In this document: positions 1-8,976 of the stretch, piece after piece
How positions within the stretch are numbered: the stretch's first letter is position 1
How the letters are laid out: each line of letters begins with the position of its first letter
From: Limisphaerales bacterium
GTDB lineage: Bacteria; Verrucomicrobiota; Verrucomicrobiia; Limisphaerales; SIBE01
Length of the DNA: 20,000 bases
Direction of reading: 5' to 3'
Assembly (NCBI GenBank): GCA_044225505.1
Contig: JBGAIN010000005.1
Coordinates: 114,564-134,563, forward strand
Position numbers and translations under genes: made by a program
Notes under the pieces: generated by a model
What the model saw: only the letters and a program-made list of their open reading frames with translations
Told to the model about the DNA's origin: nothing
Databases searched by the model: none

Positions 1-1062
1 ACGGGCGGCTTGGGGCCAACCTCGGATGATCTTACCCGACAATGCATCGCGGAACACTTTGGCCGCAAGCTCCGCGAAGACCCGGGCGTCGTTCAGCGTA
101 TCGAAACCTTCTTCCGCTCGCGCGGCCGTCCTATGCCTGTGCAAACGCGTGTCCAGGCCTTGGTCCCCGAAGGCGCTCTCGTCCTCGACAACAACAATGG
201 GACGGCACCGGGGCTGGCAATTGACGTGGCCAGCGGAAAGATCGGCTCGGCCAAACTCCTAATCATGCTGCCCGGCCCACCGCGCGAGCTCGAACCGATG
301 TTCTTGAGCGAAGTGATTCCCTTGCTGCAGAAGCGCTTTCCAGCTCCGAGCCCGTTCGCGTGCTGCGTCCTGAAATCGACGGGCGTTGGTGAATCGGTCG
401 TTGAAGCCCGAATAGCCGGTCCGCTTCAGCCGATGGTTGCGGCCGGATTGGAAATTGGTTACTGCGCCCGGTTTGGCGAAGTCGACGTTCGACTGATCGC
501 GCGCGGCGATAGAGCCGCGGAGGTCGTCGGTGAAGCCGAACGAATCGTGCGGTCGATCCTCGGCAAGCATGTCTTTGGCACAGAGTCGGAAGACCTGGCC
601 GCCGTCGTCTTGCAGCAATTGACCGCTCGTAAGGAAACCCTCGCGCTCGCGGAATCATGCAGCGGCGGTTTTGTGGCGCATCGATTAACAAATGTTCCCG
701 GGGCGTCGGCCGCTTTTCTGGGAGGATTCGTCACCTATAGCAATGAAGCCAAGGTATCGTGTCTGGGTGTGAGTCAGGAAACCCTCAGCCACTTTGGCGC
801 CGTCAGCGAACAAGTCGCTCGCGAAATGGCGGAAGGCACGCGAGCCAAGCTGAATTCGAACTACGCGCTCGCCATTACAGGTATTGCCGGCCCAACCGGC
901 GGCACACCGGAAAAACCGGTCGGAACAGTTTATCTCGCGCTCGCGGGAGGAGGGCCCACCGTCGTGCTGTCGCAAATGAATCGATACGACCGAGAGAGCT
1001 TTAAGTTCGTGACCTCGCAGCAAGTGTTGGAAATGCTGCGAAGGCGATTGCAGGACCTGTAA
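1..1062 (+). CDS. cinA: Competence/damage-inducible protein A (molybdopterin-binding-like domain + PncC NMN deamidase domain), 5' end outside window
   Basis: Frame is open from base 1 and reads TGGLGPTSDDLT. It also contains GTAPG, MLPGPPREL and the C-terminal PncC motifs AESCSGG, VTYSNEAK, GAVSEQVAREMAEG and ITGIAGPTGGTPEKPVGTV. Confidence 0.95.
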   Translation, partial: TGGLGPTSDDLTRQCIAEHFGRKLREDPGVVQRIETFFRSRGRPMPVQTRVQALVPEGALVLDNNNGTAPGLAIDVASGKIGSAKLLIMLPGPPRELEPMFLSEVIPLLQKRFPAPSPFACCVLKSTGVGESVVEARIAGPLQPMVAAGLEIGYCARFGEVDVRLIARGDRAAEVVGEAERIVRSILGKHVFGTESEDLAAVVLQQLTARKETLALAESCSGGFVAHRLTNVPGASAAFLGGFVTYSNEAKVSCLGVSQETLSHFGAVSEQVAREMAEGTRAKLNSNYALAITGIAGPTGGTPEKPVGTVYLALAGGGPTVVLSQMNRYDRESFKFVTSQQVLEMLRRRLQDL

Positions 1063-1093
1063 ATCTTCGCGGCGGCAGTAAGCTCACTGCCTG

Positions 1094-1127
1094 AAAAGAG
1101 AAAAACCCGCAGGTCTCGCCCTGCGGG
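1094..1127 (-). terminator. Rho-independent terminator of the ferredoxin gene (may also serve convergent cinA)
   Basis: Minus strand reads CCCGCAGG-GCGAGA-CCTGCGGG (perfect 8-bp stem, 1106-1127) followed by TTTTTCTCTTTT. It starts 20 nt after the ferredoxin stop. Confidence 0.8.
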
Positions 1128-1147
1128 CAGAATGAAAGTCTGGCGCG

Positions 1148-1381
1148 TTATTCGCCGTTATTGCCAATCGCCTCGACCGGGCAACCCTCCATGGCTTCTT
1201 TGCATTGGGCTTCTTCCTCAGGGCTCTCCGGCTGCTTGTAGACAAAGGAGAAACCTCCGTCGTCATTGCGCTTGAAGTTGTTAGGAGCCGTCTCACGGCA
1301 CAAGTCACAGTCGATGCACTGATTATCTACGTAGAATTTGCCCGGAGTGTTATCTGGATATTTATTTGCGATGTCTGCCAT
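1148..1381 (-). CDS. Single-cluster [4Fe-4S] ferredoxin (77 aa)
   Basis: CIDCDLC...CP ligand pattern in a small acidic protein. The ATG at 1381 (MADIANKYPDN) is preferred over the upstream ORF-track start. Confidence 0.92.
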   Translation of the reverse strand: MADIANKYPDNTPGKFYVDNQCIDCDLCRETAPNNFKRNDDGGFSFVYKQPESPEEEAQCKEAMEGCPVEAIGNNGE

Positions 1382-1550
1382 AAAGTTGGGTCCATATATG
1401 ATGATGCACCCACCAAAGATCAAGCCTCATTTGGGGCTCTGATCGGCAGCCGACGAGGTTTAGAGAATCCGTGAGCTGCGCAAAATGCGGTCGGGCTTTT
1501 CCCTCAGGCGTCTGGAAGTCACGACGATCCGCAATGGCGACTCCAGAAAC

Positions 1551-2582
1551 TTAAGGGGACGCAGTAACCCGTTCGGTCGATTCCACGAGCTGCAAGGCGT
1601 GCCCGTCCGGATCGCGAAGAAACACGCGTCGTGGCAATTTCGTATCGCGGACGGTGTTCATCTTGTGGGAAACGAACGTCAATCCGGCATGGCGGCACGC
1701 CTCGATAAGAGTGTCATAACTTTCAACCAAAACTGGGATGGACCAGAAAGTGAGATCCCGGGCATTCGCTTCGGCCGAAAGCGCCCGCCCTCCGGGTGGA
1801 GCGATGTACTCGAGGAACTCAACGCCTGGGCCGCGGGGCGCGCGGAGAGCGGTAATATGTAGCCGCGCCCCAAACACGAGGTTCAAATGCTCCTGCTCTG
1901 GCCCAAAGTTCTCGCTTGTTCCGACGACTCTGAAACCGAGCTTGTCTCGGTAAAACGCGAGGCTCTTGGCGGTATCTGAAACTACGATCGCGGAATGGTC
2001 GATGCCGAGAAACAAAGGTCCGCTCTCCGTCTGCCATTTGGGATCTCCTTTACCTGGTGGGAATGAGATGATCTCAAGCACGTGGGCTTCCGAGTCTTGG
2101 AAGTAAAAGGCCTTGATTCCAGCCGCGTTCGTGTTCCATTCCGGGAGTGTTTGCGGTGCCGTCGAGACGTGCTGGACTCGATGACGGAGCAAGTGTTGAT
2201 AAGCTTCGTCCATATCGCGCACGACAATTGCTAGGTGCTGAAACCAAAGATCGAAACTCCGGGAATCCTGCGGGACGGGCCGGCCCTTTTGATTGAGGTG
2301 CTCGGTGAGCGTAATGCGCTCCTTTCCCAGAGCGAGCTCGACAGTTCTCGATTCGGTGTTCGCCAATCCGAGAAGCGCATCTGCTTCGCCCAGCGAAGAT
2401 CGGCTTTCGGAGACGACCACGAAAGGGAGCACGTTCGTGTAGAAGTTTAGTGCGCGATCGAGTTGCCCGACCGTCAATCCAATCGCGCCGACCTCGAGCG
2501 CCGCCGCGCTGCTTGAAGGCGGCGCCGAGAGTGCCAACGTCGATAGCACCAAGGCAAATCTCAGGAGTCGAAAGAGCGTCAT
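1551..2582 (-). CDS. VOC (glyoxalase/bleomycin-resistance-like) family protein, two VOC domains, N-terminal signal peptide
   Basis: Repeated VOC patterns: IGLTVGQLDRALNFY, WFQHLAIVVRDMD, AFYFQDSEAHVLEI, IDHSAIVVSDTAKSLAFYRDKLGF, VEFLEY and FLRDPDGHALQL. The N-terminus is basic then hydrophobic, with an AAA cleavage region. Confidence 0.88.
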   Translation of the reverse strand: MTLFRLLRFALVLSTLALSAPPSSSAAALEVGAIGLTVGQLDRALNFYTNVLPFVVVSESRSSLGEADALLGLANTESRTVELALGKERITLTEHLNQKGRPVPQDSRSFDLWFQHLAIVVRDMDEAYQHLLRHRVQHVSTAPQTLPEWNTNAAGIKAFYFQDSEAHVLEIISFPPGKGDPKWQTESGPLFLGIDHSAIVVSDTAKSLAFYRDKLGFRVVGTSENFGPEQEHLNLVFGARLHITALRAPRGPGVEFLEYIAPPGGRALSAEANARDLTFWSIPVLVESYDTLIEACRHAGLTFVSHKMNTVRDTKLPRRVFLRDPDGHALQLVESTERVTASP

Positions 2583-2647
2583 AGGAGAGAATCCGGGTAG
2601 ATTGGGAACTATAGCCGCTCGCGAGCCGCCATGCGAGCGCCGATGGG

Positions 2648-4294
2648 TTAGACCGTTATGAGCGGCTCCGCAACTGGGTGGGGTCTCGTTCTCGCGTCAA
2701 GAGCAGGTAAGGCGTGGGACATTATATTCGCACCGAGCCGCGCGAGAATGTGATCCCCGACGCGAAGGGCGTTCGCCATGATTGTCAAGGCCGGGTTCAC
2801 TGCCGCGCTCGACGCAAAGAAACTGGCATCCACGACGTAGAGATTGTCTAATTCGTGCTCGCGGCATTGGGAGTTCAAGGCAGACGTGCGGGGATCGTTT
2901 CCAAAGCGAATCGTTCCATTCTGATGGGCTACACCCGCCAGCGGAATGCGCTGGCCTGCATACAGACTGCGTGCGAACAACCCTTCGTGACATTCGTGTC
3001 CGTGGACTCCGCACTTCGTTTGTTGTTTTAGGAGTTCCTTAAGCTTTTCCATCAGGCGGCGGTGTCCCTCCTCGTTATTGGGACGGTAAGAGAGCACGAT
3101 CCTGCCGTCGCGATCCAGCGTAACGCGGTTATTCGGATCGGGGAGATCTTCGGAGGTAAGCCAAAAGTCGAGAGAATGCTTGCCCATCAGATCGAGCGTC
3201 CAGCGTGGTGCGATCGCTGGGGCTCCAGCGCGGAGGGTGTCTGCGTCGAGCTTGCCAACGAACGAGATGTGCCCCATCGGGAATGCCCAGTCGGGAGCTT
3301 CCAGATAAAAGTCATTTATCGACAGTGTCTTTTGGAACACCGTGGGATTCGGACATTTCGAGATCGCCATCAAGACGGAATTCACGTGGCCCATATAATG
3401 CCGCCCGACGACGTCTGAACCATTGGCCAGACCCCGCGGGTGTTTCTCATTGGCGGAACGCAGCAGCAACGCTGCAGAGTTGATGGCCCCGCACGCCACA
3501 ACCACGATATCCGCGCTCAACGCCAGGGTTTCTTCGCGTCGTTTTACATGTACTTTGGTGACGGTGGTCCCTGCCGCGTTCGTCTCCAGCCGGGTCACCT
3601 GAGCTTCGGTCATGAGAGCGACGTTGGGAAATTCAAGCGCAGGATCGACGCAGCAAACTTGCGCATCGGCTTTGGCGTTGATCAGGCAGGGGTGTCCGTC
3701 GCACGTGCTACAGCGGATGCAGGCGCTTTTGTGCGGATTGTTCTCGTCCAACATCACGCCCAATGGCGTGTGGAACGGTCGGAGACCTGCGGCGGTCAAA
3801 TCGTCACTGAGCTGTTGAATTCGCGGCTCGTGGCTGATGGAGGGATAGGGATAGGGGGTGCTCCGCCAAGGTTCGACCGGATCCTCACCTTTCTGCCCAT
3901 GAACGTGATAGAGCCGTTCTGCTTCCGCATAGTAAGGCTCAAATTCATCGTAACCGACGGGCCAAGCGGGAGAGATGCCGCCATGATGACGAATTTCGCC
4001 GAAATCCTCTTTGCGCAAGCGAAATAGAGCAGAACCGTAAAACTTCGTGTTCCCGCCGACAAAATAGTTTGTGTGCGGATGAAGATCGCGACCGTCCCGG
4101 TCTTGCCAGACTTCTTTCGTGTTGTAGCGGCCTTCGGCGTTAACCGCTTTTGTGCTCCAATTCTCGCGCTCGCGCGGAACATACGAGCCGCGCTCAATGA
4201 GGAGGATCTTCTTGCCGCTCGACGCTAAGCGATAGGTCAGTGTGCCACCGCCTGCACCTGACCCGATGATGATCACGTCGTAATGATTATTCAT
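2648..4294 (-). CDS. GMC family FAD-dependent oxidoreductase with Cys-rich (putative Fe-S) motif
   Basis: YDVIIIGSGAGGG Rossmann motif directly after ATG 4294. Also VGGNTKFYG, VVVACGAINSAALLLRS, HQNGTIRFG, NLYVVDASFF and NPALTIMANALRV, plus CIRCSTCDGHPC. Confidence 0.93.
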   Translation of the reverse strand: MNNHYDVIIIGSGAGGGTLTYRLASSGKKILLIERGSYVPRERENWSTKAVNAEGRYNTKEVWQDRDGRDLHPHTNYFVGGNTKFYGSALFRLRKEDFGEIRHHGGISPAWPVGYDEFEPYYAEAERLYHVHGQKGEDPVEPWRSTPYPYPSISHEPRIQQLSDDLTAAGLRPFHTPLGVMLDENNPHKSACIRCSTCDGHPCLINAKADAQVCCVDPALEFPNVALMTEAQVTRLETNAAGTTVTKVHVKRREETLALSADIVVVACGAINSAALLLRSANEKHPRGLANGSDVVGRHYMGHVNSVLMAISKCPNPTVFQKTLSINDFYLEAPDWAFPMGHISFVGKLDADTLRAGAPAIAPRWTLDLMGKHSLDFWLTSEDLPDPNNRVTLDRDGRIVLSYRPNNEEGHRRLMEKLKELLKQQTKCGVHGHECHEGLFARSLYAGQRIPLAGVAHQNGTIRFGNDPRTSALNSQCREHELDNLYVVDASFFASSAAVNPALTIMANALRVGDHILARLGANIMSHALPALDARTRPHPVAEPLITV

Positions 4295-4465
4295 GCGCAG
4301 ATGGGTCGCCTCGCGACACAGCTCCTTACAGAGAATCGCAGAGGCAAGTGGCCGTGCCCAAAGGCAAGAGAATTCAGCCGATAGCGTCACCGCTGCTTCG
4401 ATCGCCTCGTGTCAGGAATGTCCGCTGCGCACGACACACTGGCACGTGCATACGCCTGCGTTGCT

Positions 4466-5233
4466 ATGAAAATGCTCCTTCAACCGAATCGACTACTGAC
4501 TCATCCGTCGGACACTTATCAAATCCGGCTCGCGAAAAACCTTGATGATATCCAGGCAGCGCAGCGTTTGCGCTTCATGGTCTTCAACCTCGAACTCGGT
4601 GAGGGCTTGCAGGAATCTCTACAGACTGGACTCGACGCAGATCCTTATGACGCTGTCTGTGATCATTTGCTGGTGGAGCATGTGCCTTCCGGGGATATCG
4701 TAGGAACGTATCGCCTGCAAACTGGGACAGTGGCCGGTTCGCGACTGGGGTATTACAGCGCGGAGGAGTTTGACTTTCGACCTTATGAACCACTGCGTTC
4801 CGAGTTAATCGAGCTGGGCAGAGCCTGCGTGCACCGCGAGCATCGCAATCTCCTGGTGCTCGGGCTGCTTTGGAAGGGCATCGCCCAATACGCTGCTCGA
4901 CGCGGGGCGCGGTATTTGTGCGGCTGCAGTTCGTTGACCTCTCAAGACCCGGCCGAAGGTGCATCCATTTACGCGGAGCTCTGTCGGCGACACCAGGCAC
5001 CACCGCCGTTGCGAACTCAACCTTTGCCACGCTATGCGTGCCCACTCGATCGACTCGCTAGTGAGAACGCAAAGGTTCCAAAGCTCCTAAAAGCCTATCT
5101 GACAATCGGTGCCAAAATATGCGGTCCTCCCGCTATCGATCGTCGTTTTCGAACCATCGACTTCTTAACACTGCTTGATTTGGAATCGCTGCCAGCGATC
5201 GTCCGCGAGCGCTTTACCAGCACGGACCTCTGA
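4466..5233 (+). CDS. OlsB-like GNAT N-acyltransferase (ornithine/amino-acid lipid synthesis type)
   Basis: AAQRLRFMVFNLELG, DADPYDAVCDHLLV, VGTYRL, YSAEEFD, ELGRACVHREHR, YLCGCSSL and PKLLKAYLTIGAKICGPPAID..F.TIDF are typical of the OlsB/Acetyltransf_5 family. Start is 4466 or 4472. Confidence 0.88.
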   Translation: MKMLLQPNRLLTHPSDTYQIRLAKNLDDIQAAQRLRFMVFNLELGEGLQESLQTGLDADPYDAVCDHLLVEHVPSGDIVGTYRLQTGTVAGSRLGYYSAEEFDFRPYEPLRSELIELGRACVHREHRNLLVLGLLWKGIAQYAARRGARYLCGCSSLTSQDPAEGASIYAELCRRHQAPPPLRTQPLPRYACPLDRLASENAKVPKLLKAYLTIGAKICGPPAIDRRFRTIDFLTLLDLESLPAIVRERFTSTDL

Positions 5234-5239
5234 TTGACG

Positions 5240-6061
5240 ATGCTTCGATCGATGGCCCAGCTCTTTCGCATTACCGCACGCGGTGCGGCATTGCTAGTCA
5301 CGTTGGGATGGGCTGCGTTCCTCCATGGTTATCAGGTTTGCCGTCAACCGAGCTTAGGATCGGTCTCAACACGGTCGGAATGGCTGCACAAAATCTGCCA
5401 GAGGCTTATCAAAGTCTTAGGGGTTCAACTGCATGTCCGCGGCCCGGTGCCTCGCCAGGGGCTCCTCGTGAGCAATCATCTGGGGTATCTGGACATATTG
5501 GTGCTTGCGGCGACAACGCCGTGCCTCTTTGTGTCCAAAAGCGAGGTTGAGACCTGGCCTCTGTTTGGATGGTTCGCCCGGCGTGCCGGCACGCTCTTCG
5601 TGCAGCGGGGAAAGCGCTCGGATACTGCCCGGGCCTCGTCCTTGATGACAGCGGCCCTGCATCAAGGAGCCCTCGTGGTTTTGTTTCCGGAGGGCACAAG
5701 CACGAATGGCTTCTCGGTCCTGCCGTTTAAGTCGGCGCTGCTCCAACCGGCGATCGAGCCGGGTCGAATGTTAACGGTCTGCAGCCTGGAATATCATGTG
5801 TCCGGGGGGAATGCCGCGACCGATGTTTGTTACTGGGGTGAAATGACGTTGGTACCGCACCTCCTGCGGTTGCTGGGGCTACGGGAGATCCGTGCCAGGA
5901 TCACTTACGCGCCCTGGGAACCGGAGTTATCCCAAAAGAGTCTCCATCGAAAAGATCTGGCACGCACGCTGCATTCGGAGGTCGTCCGGCTGCACGCCAT
6001 GGGACAACGACAAGCCGCAGAACTGCCGAGCCATTCTCTCGCCTGCCACGCCGTGTCTTAG
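5240..6061 (+). CDS. Lysophospholipid/lyso-aminolipid O-acyltransferase (PlsC/OlsA family)
   Basis: Catalytic NHLGYLD (NHxxxxD), FVSKSEV..WP..G, GTLFVQR and FPEGTST. It directly follows the GNAT gene. Start could be 5234, 5240 or 5252. Confidence 0.92.
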   Translation: MLRSMAQLFRITARGAALLVTLGWAAFLHGYQVCRQPSLGSVSTRSEWLHKICQRLIKVLGVQLHVRGPVPRQGLLVSNHLGYLDILVLAATTPCLFVSKSEVETWPLFGWFARRAGTLFVQRGKRSDTARASSLMTAALHQGALVVLFPEGTSTNGFSVLPFKSALLQPAIEPGRMLTVCSLEYHVSGGNAATDVCYWGEMTLVPHLLRLLGLREIRARITYAPWEPELSQKSLHRKDLARTLHSEVVRLHAMGQRQAAELPSHSLACHAVS

Positions 6062-6159
6062 GGCTCTTTTCGTCGCTCAGCTCTTCCGCGGATCCTTTGG
6101 GGGCCGTGTAAGGATCTGTCCAAAGGCACGACATAACTGGAAAGATCATCCACTTGCTT

Positions 6160-6594
6160 ATGTCATCCTGCAAAACCAAACGCATCACCAGCTGGACGTT
6201 ACAGATCATAACGGCGGCCATCTTGTTCCAGACGCTCTTCTTTAAGTTCACGGCCGCGGAGGAATCTGTCTATATCTTCACCACGCTCGGAATTGAGCCC
6301 TGGGGACGGATTGTTTCCGGGGTGGTGGAGTTAGTCGCCGTTGTGCTCCTGCTCGTGCCGCGGACCGTCGTGATGGGAGCGTTCCTCTCGCTCGGCGTGA
6401 TTTCAGGCGCTCTTTTCAGCCATTTGACCAAGCTCGGCGTCAGCGTTCAGAACGACGGTGGTCTCTTGTTCGGGCTGGCCCTCGTTGTATTTGTAGCGAG
6501 CGTGGCCATCTTGTTTCTGCGACGGGAACAGATCCCAGTTCTGCGGGCGTTGCTACCCGCGTCCGCAGAGCACCACTGCGCGATCCATGATTGA
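6160..6594 (+). CDS. DoxX family membrane protein
   Basis: Four hydrophobic segments. Motifs ILFQTLFFKF, ESVYIFTTLGIEPWGRI..GVVEL, GALFSHLTKLG and DGGLLF. Confidence 0.85.
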   Translation: MSSCKTKRITSWTLQIITAAILFQTLFFKFTAAEESVYIFTTLGIEPWGRIVSGVVELVAVVLLLVPRTVVMGAFLSLGVISGALFSHLTKLGVSVQNDGGLLFGLALVVFVASVAILFLRREQIPVLRALLPASAEHHCAIHD

Positions 6595-6641
6595 ATCCAC
6601 CACGTGCCCGATCTAGTCCCCATCCCCGCTCAACAGGATTT

Positions 6642-7313
6642 ATGACCCCTTCTCTCGAATCTCCCGCCGGTGCAATTTCCGCGGGAGACCCTTTGGCGAA
6701 TCGTGGGAACGCCTCGGCGCGCTGGATCGAGATCGCGTTCCCTAAAACACTGCCAACTCCGTCTGAACCGACGTTGGCGGACGGTGCGCGGATCGTGCAA
6801 GCCGCGATCTCGATACTGGAACAAGGCGAATTGCTCCTCAGTGCGGTTTCCCCGCAATCCTACACCGAACGGCTGCCGATCGCTTTCAACGCCTCGATCG
6901 GTGGCCATTACCGCCACTGCCTTGACCATTTCACCAGCCTCTTCCGCGGCGACGACCAACCGGAGATTGATTATGACCGGCGCGACCGGGACCGCCGCGT
7001 CGAAACCGAGCCTGACTTTGCCCTGCATCTCACCCGATCGATGCGGAAAGAGTTGCAGGATTTGACATCGGAAGATCTTCGCCTGCCCGTTCGCGTCCGC
7101 TGCGCCGTGAGCTATGAGAAAGGACCGTCACCTGTGACGAGTTCCACTCGCGGGCGGGAACTGTCGTATGCCATTGCCCATGCGATTCACCACTATGCGC
7201 TCATTTCGATCATAGCGCGCCTGCTCGAAGTGGCGCTTCCCATCACGTTCGGCGTGGCTCCGTCCACCTTGGCTCATCAAGCAAAGATTGGATCCAGCTC
7301 CACCTCCCGATGA
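6642..7313 (+). CDS. DinB/YfiT-like four-helix metalloprotein
   Basis: SIGGHYRHCLDHF, IDYDRRDRD and RELSY..AHAIHHYALI give the DinB His triad pattern. The ATG at 6642 is preceded by AGGA. Its stop overlaps the next start (ATGA 7310-7313). Confidence 0.85.
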   Translation: MTPSLESPAGAISAGDPLANRGNASARWIEIAFPKTLPTPSEPTLADGARIVQAAISILEQGELLLSAVSPQSYTERLPIAFNASIGGHYRHCLDHFTSLFRGDDQPEIDYDRRDRDRRVETEPDFALHLTRSMRKELQDLTSEDLRLPVRVRCAVSYEKGPSPVTSSTRGRELSYAIAHAIHHYALISIIARLLEVALPITFGVAPSTLAHQAKIGSSSTSR

Positions 7314-8971
7314 GTTCCGCGGCGTTCCCACTCTGGCCGGTCGAATTCCTTCAATGGAGCTTCTTTGCCCAAGCGGTCACCCTTGCGCTTTCGACGTTCG
7401 TGCAAGAGGATGCGCCCACGTTGGCGGCAGCCCTGTTATGGAGCAGTGGCAATCTCCCGATCTCGACCGGATTCATCGGCTGTTCCGTGGGTATCTGGGC
7501 GGGCGACGCCATCCTTTACCTCCTCGCGCGAGCCTTTGGACGTCCGCTGATCGATTGGCGCTGGACACGGCATTGGCTGCGCGGAGATGCGATCGCTCGA
7601 AGCGAGCGGTGGTTCGCTCAACGCGGGGCGTGGCTGCTGTTGACGAGCCGTTTTGTTCCGGGAACTCGATTGCCGACCTACCTGGCGGCAGGCTTTCTGC
7701 GACTTTCCTTTCCGCGATTCCTCGCGCTGACTGGCATCGCGGTGACCCTTTGGACCAGCCTCCTCTTTCTGCTCGTCGGTTGGTTTGGGAAATCAGTTTT
7801 CCAGTGGGCGGGTGAATCACTCAACCAAGGCTGGACTTGGTTGCTCCTCGTCTTGCTCGCGGCCCTGTTCTGGAAAACGTTGACCCGGTTCATGAACCCA
7901 ACCTGGCGCCGCCGCGCCAGTGCGATGTGCGGCCGGCTCCGCCACTGGGAATTTTGGCCGGCCTGGCTATTTTATTTTCCTGTCGCCCTCCAGTACCTTC
8001 GTCTCGTTGTGAAATATCGCGGACTTACCGTGCCCACGGCCGCCAACCCAGGCATCTTCTCCGGCGGTCTCGTTGGCGAATCGAAAGTCACGACGCTTCT
8101 GGATTTGAATGCCTCCAGCCCGGAGTTTACAGCGCAAGCCTGTCTGATCCCGGTTAGTTCCTGCGTCGGCAGACTGGCCTTGCTGGACGCATTTTGTGCA
8201 CGGCTCCCGGTAGCCTACCCTCTCATCCTCAAACCCGACGTCGGGCAACGGGGCGTTGGGGTCAAGTTGATCCAAACGCGTGCGCAAGCGGTCGATTATT
8301 TGAACGCCGTTCAGGCTCCGATCGTGGCGCAGGAATACATTCCCGGTCCGTGCGAAGTTGGGATCTTCTATTATCGGTTGCCAGAAGAAGCCACAGGGCG
8401 GATCTTTGCGATTACCGAAAAAGTCTTTCCGATGTTGGTGGGCGATGGGCGCCAGACGGTCGAGGAACTCATCTGGCAACATCCACGCTGCCGATTCATG
8501 GCCGACACCTACCTTCGTCGTCTCGCTCCGCGCCGCTTCGAAATTCTGGCGACAAATGAAACCTTGCGCCTTGTCGAGGCTGGCAATCATGCCCAAGGAT
8601 GCATCTTTCAGGACGGCCATCACCTCTGGTCGCAACCTCTGCAAGATCGCATCGACTCCATCTCGCAACGGCTGCCCGGCTTTTTCATCGGTCGCTACGA
8701 TATCCGATATCGCGATGCCGCCGATCTCCAAGCCGGGCAAAACTTCAAAATTTTGGAGCTGAATGGGGCGGCCGCCGAAGCGACCAGTATTTACGACGCC
8801 CGCAACTCGCTTGGCACTGCTTACCGAACCCTCTTCCAGCAATGGGAACTCGTCTTCCGAATTGGTGCGGCCAATCGGCAACGAGGCGCCCAACCGACTT
8901 CCCCTCCGTTGCTTTGGCACAAATGGCGCGAGACTTCTCGTCTTGTTCGCACTTATCCCGTGGCCGACTAA
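7310..8971 (+). CDS. Fusion protein: N-terminal DedA/VTT membrane domain + C-terminal ATP-grasp (D-Ala-D-Ala ligase-like) domain
   Basis: DedA motifs: STFVQEDAPTLAA, GIWAGDAILYLLAR, SRFVPGTRLPTYLAAG. ATP-grasp motifs: LILKPDVGQRGVGV, AQEYIPG, GRYDIRY, ILELNG. Confidence 0.9.
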   Translation: MSSAAFPLWPVEFLQWSFFAQAVTLALSTFVQEDAPTLAAALLWSSGNLPISTGFIGCSVGIWAGDAILYLLARAFGRPLIDWRWTRHWLRGDAIARSERWFAQRGAWLLLTSRFVPGTRLPTYLAAGFLRLSFPRFLALTGIAVTLWTSLLFLLVGWFGKSVFQWAGESLNQGWTWLLLVLLAALFWKTLTRFMNPTWRRRASAMCGRLRHWEFWPAWLFYFPVALQYLRLVVKYRGLTVPTAANPGIFSGGLVGESKVTTLLDLNASSPEFTAQACLIPVSSCVGRLALLDAFCARLPVAYPLILKPDVGQRGVGVKLIQTRAQAVDYLNAVQAPIVAQEYIPGPCEVGIFYYRLPEEATGRIFAITEKVFPMLVGDGRQTVEELIWQHPRCRFMADTYLRRLAPRRFEILATNETLRLVEAGNHAQGCIFQDGHHLWSQPLQDRIDSISQRLPGFFIGRYDIRYRDAADLQAGQNFKILELNGAAAEATSIYDARNSLGTAYRTLFQQWELVFRIGAANRQRGAQPTSPPLLWHKWRETSRLVRTYPVAD

Positions 8972-8976
8972 CTCCT

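Noticed and set aside
4340..4460. Sigma-54 promoters in the divergent region
   Set aside because: Both candidates have GG-N11-GC spacing rather than the strict GG-N10-GC, so they are not called as features.
7967..8920. 317-aa minus-strand ORF
   Set aside because: Lies wholly antisense to the ATP-grasp domain and has no recognisable motifs. It is a typical shadow ORF of GC-rich coding DNA.
8599..8976. Upstream extension of the NRDE ORF given by the ORF track
   Set aside because: Overlaps the ATP-grasp gene in another frame. The family begins with Met-Cys, which fixes the start at 8977.
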